Source of the DNA: Azolla caroliniana
Taxonomy: Eukaryota > Plantae > Polypodiophyta
Length of the DNA stretch: 64,000 nt
NCBI GenBank assembly: GCA_043228905.1
Contig: JBHGNT010000009.1
Coordinates: forward strand, 11,904,001 to 11,968,000
Reading direction: 5' to 3'
Shown here: positions 27,101 to 37,508 of the stretch, piece by piece
How the letters are laid out: every line of letters starts with the position of its first letter
Position numbering within the stretch: the first letter of the stretch is position 1
Made by a program: the position numbers and the translations under genes
The notes under the pieces: model-generated
Database searches by the model: none
Seen by the model: only the letters and a program-made list of their open reading frames with translations
What the model was told of the DNA's origin: nothing

Positions 27101-27830
27101 ACAGGAACTCGATACGCCATATCAAGTTCATGTATATAGTTCGTGTTTATATAGGAACTTGATACAGGGTATCGAGTTCATTTATAAAACACATACTTTA
27201 CACATGAACTCAAAACGGCGTATCGAGTTCCTATGCAAAACATAAACTTTAATTTAAATAGGAACTCGATACGGCATATCGAGTTCCTGTATGAAACAAG
27301 AACTTTATACAGAAACACGATACGGCATATCGAGTTCCTGTATAAAACAAGAACTTTATACACGAACTCGATACGCCGTATCGAGTTCCTGTATAAAACA
27401 CGATCATAATACAGGAACTTGATACGCCGTATTGAGTTCCTCTATAAAACACGTACATAATACAGGAATTCGATACGACGTATCGAGTTCCTGTTTAAAA
27501 CACAAACTTTATACATGAACTCGATATGCCGTATCAAGTTCCTGTATAAAACACGAACATAATATAGGAACTTGATACGGCGCATCGAGTTCTTGTTTAA
27601 AACAAAAACTTTAAACAGAAACTTGATACGGCATATCGAGTTCCTGTTTAAAACGCAAACTATATACAGGAACTCGATACGGCGTATCGAGTTCCTGTTT
27701 AAAGTTTGTGTTTTATATAGGAACTCGATACGCCGTATCGAGTTCCTGAGTGCTAAAACATATTTACAAAAATGTCCACAGTGTTAGAGGCTTAGCTGGA
27801 GTCCTAGCGCTCGATTTTCTTTAAAGACAT
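24105..27830 (-). pseudogene. Spliced transposon cargo gene: ParB/Srx-like domain fused to a beta-class N6A/N4C DNA methyltransferase-like domain; decayed, 3' end runs into the gap
   Basis: ParB-like YFVIGGSHSAEARRQL...IYVGLSIDEAKLLAWDHN (25470-25940); motif IV-like YTLMIADIPYG (DIPY at 24472-24483), then NFAW/IKSN...RFINAIEYVTVG across a GT-AG intron; further GT-AG introns near 25043 and 24828; putative ATG at 27830 below a TATA at ~27965. Confidence 0.72.
27101..27750. repeat. Array of 13 palindromic units, ~51-bp period
   Basis: Core ACAGGAACTCGATACG-S-CGTATCGAGTTCCTGT starting at ~27101, 27151, 27202, 27258, 27309, 27360, 27411, 27462, 27513, 27564, 27615, 27666, 27717. Confidence 0.95.
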
Positions 27831-28695
27831 GGTTGATCTTGTCGATGTTTAGGCGGAGATCTCGCTTTGGTGCTTCGTGCTCTGTGTGCTTTGTTTGCTC
27901 TATGTGCTTTTGTGCTTTGTTCTGCGTGTGTGCTTTGTGTGATTGAAATATGAGGAGGTCTTCCTATTTATAGGGATGGACCATAGTGGTTAAGGTAACC
28001 ATAGTCACTTTTACCAAGGTTGGCAAGCTTGAGGTTAGTTAGGGTAGTAACCATAATCACTTTAACTAGAGTTACTTATGAATGCATCAATGATTAAATA
28101 GTCAAACTAATATGTTGATGATTATTTTATAGTCAAACTAACATACAATGACTTTGAAGGTCATAAAGGAAACAATGATAGAGGTTCATGAATGGACCAA
28201 TGATTGATTACTCAAAGCAACATTTTTATGACTCTTAATTGCTTTGTATTAAAGATGTGGCCATGAATGAACCAATGATTGAAAAGTCTTATATTTAAAA
28301 TGGTGGGCATGAATGAACCAATGACTGAGAAGTTCTATATTAAATATGGGTGCCATTAATTAACCAAATGATTTTAACTTTAAACCAACATATATATGGC
28401 TTGGTAATGATTGTAATTATATTATACTTGATTGAACTTTATACAGACTAGTTTAAGTAATTATTAAGATGTTGAATACAATTATTATATTAAAAATAAT
28501 ATCTTTATGTATCGTATTAATATAATATTAAATAATATAGACATTATATTGAGGGAGCTTCTGTTTAGAGAGGAGTTTATGTTTAAAGAGGAGCTTATCA
28601 ATTTTTTATGTTAGCCTAAGCACATAACTTAAAGAGCTCTGTGTGGACCTTAAGCCATAAGTGAAGACTCACCGTTCTCGATTGAAGAATATTGT

Positions 28696-31430
28696 TTGTC
28701 ATTAGACTCTTCCTTTTCTACCAAAGAGTATTGTTTGTCGACAGACTCCCCATTTTCTATTGAAGAATATTGTCTGTCAACAGACTCACCATATTCTATC
28801 AAAGAATATTGTCTGAGCTCATCTTCACCTACAATGAATGTTAATAATGACACATGTGAAGAATACGATATTTATAAAGATACGGAGAATGAAGGTAGTG
28901 CCAATGAAACATCAAATATCATGGGCGATGGTCACAACAAAGAATTGGATAGTAACAAGGTTACACCAACTTCTATGCAGGAAGAGAAATCTGGAAGCCC
29001 TATGCATATTAGAAGAATCCCACGAAGAATTTGTCTGGCTAGATTTAACTTGGTAACATCAGATAAACATATTGGATTTGATGTCAAAAAAATATGGTGT
29101 GCCCGTGGTTGTATGTCTATGATTGGAAAATCAAAGTTGTGAGAATTAAGGAGATACTATTTTTCGATGACTGGTGATGAGCAAGACACTTACCTCGGGT
29201 CACATATACAACTAGTGTTTGACAAATGTACGGGGATCAAAGTATCATTCGAGTATTATATCTTCCATGCACAACAGATATGTAGAGTTGCATTCAAAGT
29301 TGCGTTATGTGTTAGTAACATGCGGCTACATAGAGTACAACAACGTCTACGCAATGGGGATTAGATGCACAATTGTAAAGAGGTTCCAAGTATGAAAGGT
29401 GCAATTGGAAGACATGTTATTAGTTGGATGAAAAGTTACTTTCAGTTAAATTGTGAAGTAATGCCCACTACAGGTAGGATGCACCTCTCTGATAATTACA
29501 CACGTTGGGAAGTTTATGATGTCTATTGATCTGATATGTTGGGCTCACGTAATAATTCTGTCACATATAGCCAATTCACAAGATTATAGAGAGCTCGGTT
29601 TTCAAATGTTATCATTCCCAGTAAAGTACGCATGGGGTATTGCTCCATTTGTGCAAATCTTAAAATTTTGGCTAAAGGTGCAAAGACATCAATGGAAAAG
29701 GATATGAGTAAGAAGTTACTACAGGAGCATCGTGAGGCACAATCGTTAGAATGAAAGAAGGTGATGCATCATAGAGAGAAGTGTTTGAAGAGGCCCAAAC
29801 AATACATGTGCTTAATGATAGATGGCATGGACCAGAAGAAGATGTGCTTGCCGCATATGCGGAGGCTCCCCAAAGACATCAATGATGAGTGCCTTGTTCA
29901 AATGCACTTGGTGGAATGTTTGGCTTATAATAGGTCAGTTGGACCTCACATCTTCATTACATACCCCAATGTTCACAATGACCCTAGCCTAACAGTTACA
30001 GTGATTCACCGAGTTTAGATGTCTTGGGGCCAACCGTTCCCCCTTGTTCTATACATTCAATAGGACAATACTGCTAGAGAGAACAAAAATTCAACTGCAA
30101 CTGTGTTTGGCTATCTAAGTATGTTGGTCAACCAAGGATTTTTTAGAAAAGTGAAAGTCAATATATAGATAGATGATCATATAGATCAAATGTTTAGCAC
30201 ATTCTCTAGACAATTGTCTTGGCATGATGCTTTCACATTACCTAAACTATTTGATGTCATTTGTGATACATATACACCACACCCAAAAGTGTTACACTTG
30301 AAGGAGGTATATGACTTTAAGAGATATATATCAGATGGGGGTGTTGGGAATGTTAAAGTGCTCGCCCAATTAAACAATATAAGCTTCAATCACATTTTTT
30401 GATAAAGAAAAATGAAATAGGTGGTTCTACGCTTTTGTATGCTAAACAATATTCATATTCTACAACATGGGAACCTATAGGTGGTTGCCAGTTATTACTT
30501 TGTATGCTGAGTACAATTGTCCATGGAGCTAAACAAATGCCAATTGAAAAGAAAGGACAGTTGCATAGTGACTTGGTATCGGAACAAAAATGGTTATGGC
30601 TCCAAGCCTTAGAAGAAAAAAGAAATCATTTTGAGGACGCCAAGAAATATGCCGCACAACAAGACATGTCATGGTGGGATATATTTTTTAGTGATTAGAA
30701 AGGAATTATAGACAATTGTGTATTTGGTGATAATTGGAATTTGGAAATGCCATTCACATGGTCGCTGCAACATGATCGTGTAAATAAAACTCTGGAGCAA
30801 CTAACAAATGCGATTAATGACAGTTTGGTCCATCCACAACAAAGAGACATTTATGTGGGACCAAGGATGACCAAAGCAGCCGAAGCTAGATGGCAAAGCA
30901 ATTTACGAGAGCTCGCGGCGGGGATGTTGATTGCAACGTCGCCTGATGAGAACTCACATGGCCACCAATTTTGGGTTGGTAAAATTCTAAAAGTGCTAAT
31001 GCATGAAATAGAAAACACGATCAAGTCTATAAACGTTCATTGGTAAAACACTAGAAGTGCAAATGCTCTTACAGGTAAGTATACATTGGAGATGATTGAA
31101 TGCCCATCAACAAGGGGAGGTAGGAAGAGGAAGCGAAACATTCGTAACACCTCGACCCTTGATATCTCTGATGTGGATATCATCGTGTACGACTTCAGAC
31201 TTACAAAAGCCGAACGAGTAAGGAAGTCAACAATAGATATAATAAAAGAAAAATTACCAGGTCTACAAGCTGGCTCGAGTTGAAGGCAAACGAGATTTGC
31301 TACATATAATCTAGAGTCAAACCATTTGGTTTATGACGAAGATAATGCACCGATTGGTACATCCGAGGATGACGAGGAGGAATCGTCATTGTATATTAGT
31401 TATAGTGATCATGAATGTATTTTTGGCTAT
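28696..31430 (+). pseudogene. Sola-like (DUF7869-type) DDD transposase, decayed
   Basis: WCARGC; ICRVAFKVALCVSNMRLHRV; GYCSIC (~29635-29660); MIDGMDQKK (29821); LYIQ*DNTARENKN (30064); DHIDQMFSTFS (30175); several stops and frameshifts, and the GHTH-type motif is missing. Confidence 0.82.
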
Positions 31431-31732
31431 TAAGTGTAACTACATTCCGCTTGTAACATATCGAGTAATATAAAAGCATGTGTTTTGAATTCTTATGATT
31501 TCTAAAAAAGAGTTTCTTATAAAATAACATTGGTTGTAAAGTTTCTGATATAAATTGAGAATGTAACTTTTTGAAATTCCTCTTTTTTTATTTACTTCTA
31601 AATCACGAAAATAGTGGATTTTAAACCTTTTTCATAGTATGTTTGAACATGTATGATACTGGTATCAATGTGTTTTGTAAAATCATTGAAAAAGCCCTAA
31701 AATCAACCAAAATATTCCTTATCCTTCCATTT

Positions 31733-31768
31733 ATGCACAATCCTTCCACTTGTGAATGCGAACGTGTT
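31733..31768 (-). repeat. Right terminal inverted repeat
   Basis: Reverse complement AACACGTTCGCATTCACAAGTGGAAGGATTGTGCAT. Confidence 0.92.
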
Positions 31769-31772
31769 CATT

Positions 31773-32011
31773 ATCGACTATGTCAAGACTCTAACCTTGT
31801 GGTCAGTCAACTTTTGTAGCAAGGGAGCCAACACCAAGTACGACTCGACGCCACGGAGGTGGTATGGGATGCCGATCGAGGCTCGAGTCCGTCTCGATCC
31901 CTTCGATTGGGGGTGGTCAGGTGGATTGGCACCCTTCTTTCTCTCTCTCCTTTCTTATTTATTTATCTTTTATTCTTATCATATGCTTACATTAGTAGCT
32001 ATGCTCTAATA
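31773..32011 (+). repeat. Gypsy 3' LTR, right part
   Basis: ATCGACTATGTCAAGACTCT... aligns with 11408-11620. Confidence 0.88.
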
Positions 32012-33806
32012 GTTTGTCTCAAGGATAAACATCCTCCCTTCTCAGCACCCTTGCGCGATGACTTTGCCCTCTTCTTCGATGCAACACTCGAGGTGTGTGA
32101 ACCGAACCTGCATCCCTTGATCGACAATCTGCTCGCCGGACATGAGATTCTTTGTGATTGTCGGGACGTGCAGGACATTCATTAGCTTTCCCTTTTGCCC
32201 AAGATGGTTGAGGGGAACTTCACTAATGTGCTCGATGGTATGCGGGGTGTTGTCTCTAGTTTGGACCAGCCCCGGTTGTTCCGGTTTTTCAGTTCCTATG
32301 ATTTGACACTCCGGAATCAATGTACTATAGCTCATTCGGTTTCGAGGTGCTTGTCCTCATCGATTTGACAAAGGTTGGGCCCGATCGATTTCTAGAATTG
32401 GATCCTTCCAGTCCTTCTACGTAGTGCGAGCTTTGCTGGCTTCCCTGTCCAGCCTTGCCGTATCCGGATTTTTCCGAATTGGCACGCTTTTTCCAGCACT
32501 CACTTTGTTTGTGACCCTTCCGGCCACGATACCAACAGTCCATCACAGTCTTCTCCCGCCGGTTCCCGGCATTGCCTTGACTCCCCCTGCTTGTGGAGGG
32601 TCTGGACCTGTTGTCGGCACCATCATTGTGCCTCCGATTTTGCTCATGTCGGCCACTTCCAGCGCATGCCGATTCACCTCGTCCGCCTCATCCACCACGA
32701 CCACGGGGCCGATCCTCCTCCGTGTACAACATCTTGTTGTCAGTGTGCGTGTTTGTCGATGCACCCACATGGTTCTCCTCTACAAGGAGCATCGATTGTA
32801 AGTCGAAAAACGAGGGCATATTCTCCGGAATGCTCCGAACTTCGACGCTAGGCCCCTTGGACAGACCTGCACCATCTCAACTTCCTCACGGTCACGTTAA
32901 TGGAGGCAAGTGAGTCGTAGATGTCTTTGATCCGAGTCGTGTAGTCGACCACCGACATGTCCTTCTGTCTGACATTGCTCAAGTCTTGTCGGAATTGTAG
33001 ATCTGGGTCGTGGTGCTTGCGGCGAAGACCTTTTTCAAGTTTCCCCAAGCTTCCTTTCGCGTCTTTGCATCCCAGATATGGCTAAGTAGCTGATCATCGA
33101 CACTGTACGCAAAGCAGTACATAACTCTACTTGCCACTAGTCCTTAGGTTGGGAGTCCCTGTGTGCCGCATCAGGTGTCGTGTCGTTAGCTCCGTCAACA
33201 TAACTCCAATAACCGTATCCGAGTAGGTACTAGTGCATCTTGTAAGAGCAAGATGTGTAGTTGGATCTATCAAGCTTCTCCGTCGGGAGCGAGCTAGCCA
33301 TTCCTTTGTCCATTCTAACCTTCGTTTTTTGTTCTTTACCGGATGTTAGGGTTTGTCTTCCAAAATTGCTCGTCGGCTGTAGAGGTTCTCAACCCTCGTG
33401 CTTTACCATGTAAAACACAATGTGCGGAAGCTAAGACAAAACCGACTAGTCCAGATAACAACAGAACACACAATGGAGGTTTAATGGAAAGATTGAATAC
33501 ACAAGAGAGACAGAGAGTAGAATAGCATAAACTCAATTCAAAATAATAACACTCTATACATACAATGTGCTCTATGAGCACTTTTATACAAGTCCTTAAA
33601 AGGACTGATAGAAGTACTAGACTCCTAACAATGTGCCTACGTACTAGGCTAGATTTGTAGGCCTCTAACGCCCTACCGGTTACAATCTGATTTGGATCCT
33701 AGTTCCGAATACCATCCGGAAACCGATCTGGTTCTTCATCCTGGACTCTGATCCAGCTCTTGCTTGTTTAGGTGATTCGGATCCAGTTGAGCTTGTCTGC
33801 TTAACA
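32012..33806 (-). mobile_element. Copia element X, 5' part: LTR 33409-33806, gag, protease region
   Basis: Same family as Copia Y (EKLDRSNY.., CWYRGRKGHKQSECW, LMNVLHVPTITKNL); sequence at 32012 continues that at 11207 by comparison with 18336-18420. Confidence 0.88.
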
Positions 33807-33834
33807 GCCCCGCCCCCAAATGAGGATGGGATAA

Positions 33835-36800
33835 TGTTGGGGATTTGCAAAAACAAAAGTTCCCTAGCTTTCGGATTGAGGATAGTTTTGTAAATTCCTA
33901 AGACTTTAAATCCTTTATTCGAGCTTTAAAATCAGGGATGGTTTTTGGAGTGCCCAAGTCCCTCTAGATGGGAAGAGCACGAGTCAAATAAGATGGAGTC
34001 AATAGGCAACTCAGCCGAGGCCGAAAAATTGAATGTCTAATACTGGAACGATAACTGATTCGGTCGATAGCTGAATCAACCGAATCTGATTGGTTTATAT
34101 TTGTAAATAGCCTACATTTTCCCATTGAGGCTATATTTGTAAATAGTCATTTAAGTGTATGGGTATAAATATAGTTAGGGCAAGTAGTTAAGAGAGTTGG
34201 ATGATCATTGTAAAATAGTTATAGTAAGGTTGTTGCCACTCTAACTAGAGAGATACAGAGAGTGAGAGTGAGTGTGTGTCTCATCTGTAGCCATCTATTA
34301 AACGAAGACAAACTCAAGGTTGTTGCCTGCGAGTCTCGTTGTACTCTCATATATAGTGGAATAGTTTGGAGTTTGTGGACTCCTGTGGTTTTTGTCTTTC
34401 GGGTTTTCCATGTAAAACATTCTATGTCTCTGTGTGTTCTCATTTTGTGTATTCATTTCTATTCTTTCACTTTACTCGTGAGTGAGAATCAGTTGTGGTT
34501 GATATCGTATACATCAACTGGTATTAGAGTGAAGTCTCATTACCTTCAAGAGAAAGAAAATGGAAGACACATTCAGCGGAATGTTCAAGTTAATCGGCTC
34601 TAACTATTCAGTGTGGAAGTCAAAAATGTGGGATATGCCCGTGTGCAAAGACTTGTGGTTGCCGGTGCAATCCAACAAGACCAAGCCAGACAAGATCAGT
34701 GCATTGATTTGGGAAGTCATGCATCTGAAGGTAGCAACATACATAAGGTGTTTTATAGATATGAGTCTATAAAACAACTTTAATGAAGAGAACAAGGCGG
34801 ATGTCCTATGGGAGAAGATTGACTTTATGTTGGAAAACAAAAATATCATCAACAAAGTCTAAGTTTTCAGGAAGCTTGTGTGACTCTGGTATCAGGATGG
34901 TTCTAGCATGGTAGAGCACTTGAATGCCTTAAGGGATTGATAAACCAAACCACCTCTCTAGAAGTACCTAAGCCGATGAGGTATTAGCATTATTGTTGTT
35001 GGGATCTCTTCCGGATAGTTGGGAGATGCTTGTTGTCACATTAGACAACGCCGGAACGGAAGGGAAACACTTATCCCTGGAGAAGATGAAGTCGAGCCTG
35101 TTGAACGAGGAAGCATGTCAAAAGGAAAAAGAGGCAATTTCTAACCCAAAGGCCTTAGTCACAGAAGGTGACACGAATCGGGGAAGAGGCTGAGATAGAA
35201 GTCCCCAGAGTTAGGGGAAGTCAGGGACAAGGTCGAAGTCAAGGGGAAGGCCCACATGTTTATATTGCGGGAAGTCGGGGAACTTCCAAAAGAATTGGCG
35301 GCAATCCCGAAAAGAAAAAGGGGGAGCTGATGGTGTAGGGCCGAAGAAGATTTCGGATAACAACACCACCTCAACTATCATTGCGAGTGAGGAGGAACTA
35401 CTGTTCATAAGTGATCAGAATGATGTAAACCGCGCTGGCAAAGAATCGACATGGGTGGTTGATTCTAGTGCGCCGTTTCACCTGACCTCCAATAGAGAAT
35501 GCTTCTCATCGTATACGACCGGTGACTATGGCTACGTGAAGATGGGGAATGACAATGCATGCAAGATCGTTGGAATCGACAATGTATGTTTGTTGACATC
35601 GAAAGGCTGCATAATGGTGCTCAAAGATGTACGCCATGTTCCAAACACCAGATTGAAGTTGATATCGACCGAACAACTTGATGACGAAGGCTATAGTGGT
35701 ACTTTCCTAAACAACACCTGGAAATTTTGCAAAGGGAACTTAATCGTGGCTCGGGCCAAGAAACAAAATACATTGTATGTAATGCATGCACTACTAAGCC
35801 AAAACTAGGTAAACGTGGCAATTGACACAACCGGTGAGTTATGGCATTAAAGGCTTTGCCACATGAGCCAGAACGGAATGCCGATGCTAGCCGAAAGAGA
35901 ACTCCTGCCAGAGGTGAAGAAATTGCATTTGGATAAATGTACCGACTGCCTGGCCGACAAACAAATAGATCCTCTTTCCAACCAAGGTCTCTGATTCGGA
36001 GGAAAACTGCCTTGGAACTTGTACACACCGATGTATGCTATGTAGATGCAACGTCTCATTTTGGTGGACAATATTTCGTTCCCTTCATTGATGATCAAAA
36101 TCGTAAATTGTGGGATTATGTGTTGAAGATGAAGGATCAAGTACTAAGCTAAGGACTAGAGGGGGAAACTTGATCCCAACAGCCGATCGTGTCTGTTTCT
36201 CGGCTACGACGAAGACGAATTTGGCTATTGTCTATGGGACGTAATGGATAAGAAGGTGATTAGGAGCTGATATTGGAAGAAAAGACGATTGCCGATTAGG
36301 AGATGGAGAAGACATGGTTGGCCTCCCAATCTACCAAGAATAGGCCTCCAATTATCGATTCAAGCCGAGTTTATGATTGGCCGAATTGAACGCCAATCGG
36401 ATATCAACAATTTGGCTAAGTAGGTAGTCAGAAAAGTTGAGTGCTGACTGAAAAACAAGGGGAACTAGCCACAAGAAGACAGTTGGCCGAACAAGGACCT
36501 GAATCAGACTCAAACAAAGAGCCAACCAAAGAAACTAAACGAAGGTCGAAGATACCCCCTTAGAGAGAGAAGGGGCTCCCCCCCCCCCCCCCCCCCCCCC
36601 CATTGGAGATTTCTTGATAGTGAGTATGTGTTGTTAACCAATGAGGGGAAGCCGGAAAGCTTCGAGGAAGCAAAGAGGGATACCCACAGTCGAAATTGGT
36701 TGATTGCCATGCAAGACGAGATGGATTCCTTGAAGGAGAACCACACATATGAATTGATCGAGCTATCGAAGAGAAAGAAGGCACTTCAGAATAATTGGGT

Positions 36801-36950
36801 ATACAAATTGAAGCCAGGAGAAAGCAGGAATCAACCTAGATACCAAGCTCGAATCGTTGTGAAAGGCTTTCAGGAGAATATTGGTGTGGATTTCGACGAA
36901 ATATTTTCCCCGATAGTAAAAATTACCTTGATACGGATGGTGTTGAGCAT
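33835..36950 (+). mobile_element. Copia element (same family as 1-4366): LTR 33835-34516, gag, protease, internally deleted integrase, RT start; 3'-truncated
   Basis: PBS TGGTATTAGAG at 34519; MFKLIGSNYSVWKSKM; WVVDSSA; ELVHTDVC; WLIAMQDEMDSL. Confidence 0.9.
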
Positions 36951-37390
36951 AGTTGATCATTGTTGTAAAGTTACAACGACGTAGTTGCCTTTGTAATTGT
37001 GAGCCTAAAAGTTGTTTTAGTATATAAGCAACTAGGGAAAACTTTATGAAAATGTAGTTGATCATTGTTGTAAAGTTAGAACGACATAGTTGCCTATGTA
37101 ACTATGAGCGAGAGAGAGAGAGAGTGAATGAGAATGTAACTTTGTAGTCATCTGTCAGATGAAGAAGAACTCCAGGTCATTGCCTCTGAGTTTGTTATTT
37201 GTACTTCTCCTCTATTATAGTGATCTGTTTCTTGGGTTTTGTGGACCCTCGTGGTTTTTTTCCCTTTCAGGTTTTCCACATTAAACTCTGTGTCTCTATT
37301 TTTCTTTCTTTTTTTGCTTGCTCGTTTATCTGTCTGTGTACTCTCTATACCAATTCCTTGCACCCGAATATGAATGTAAAACTAGTTGTG
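36950..37390 (+). repeat. Copia-type LTR fragment preceded by a short direct duplication
   Basis: TAGTTGATCATTGTTGTAAAGTTA repeated at ~36950 and ~37054; GTGGACCCTCGTGGTTTT...GGTTTTCCACATTAAACTCTGTG resembles U5 at 34375-34430. Confidence 0.55.
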
Positions 37391-37508
37391 GTCGGTTGAT
37401 TCTTAATAGGAAGTACCATATGCCTTGGTTGTTGGTAGTTTGATCTATGCTATGGTTCGTACGAGACTCGTCATAGCATTTCTTGTGGGAGTAGTAAGCC
37501 GATATATG

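Larger units (their letters stand above)
23027..31768 (+). mobile_element. Sola-like DDD DNA transposon (~8.7 kb including a 100-N gap) with methyltransferase-like cargo
   Basis: 36-bp TIRs with 33/36 identity; CATT duplicated at 23023-23026 and 31769-31772; removing the element restores the LTR sequence seen at 11401-11430; transposase motifs DGMDQ, DNTARENKN, DHIDQMFS. Confidence 0.88.
11208..32011 (+). mobile_element. Ty3/Gypsy chromovirus (iMet PBS) inserted into Copia X; itself hosts Copia Y, a Sola-like transposon and an ndhK NUPT
   Basis: Matching LTRs 11208-11626 and 22812-23026 + 31773-32011; PBS TGGTATCCGAGCC at 11629; PPT AAGAGGGGAG at ~22800; pol motifs FRSFLGFV, ISMDFI, SDRDSKF, DGQTERVN and chromodomain-like IKWMDKSIKDATWE. 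Confidence 0.92.

Noticed and set aside
27101-27750. CRISPR array
   Set aside because: Spacers are only ~18 bp and are variants of one sequence rather than unique; no cas genes; eukaryotic TE context
27178-27787. Small ORFs with TGTRY / RNSIRRIEF repeats
   Set aside because: By-product of the 51-bp (17-codon) palindrome array; occur on both strands
36577-36601. Poly-C run as a G-quadruplex or poly-Gly feature
   Set aside because: Slippage expansion of a short C run present in the sister element (G run at ~1211); length may also be a sequencing artefact
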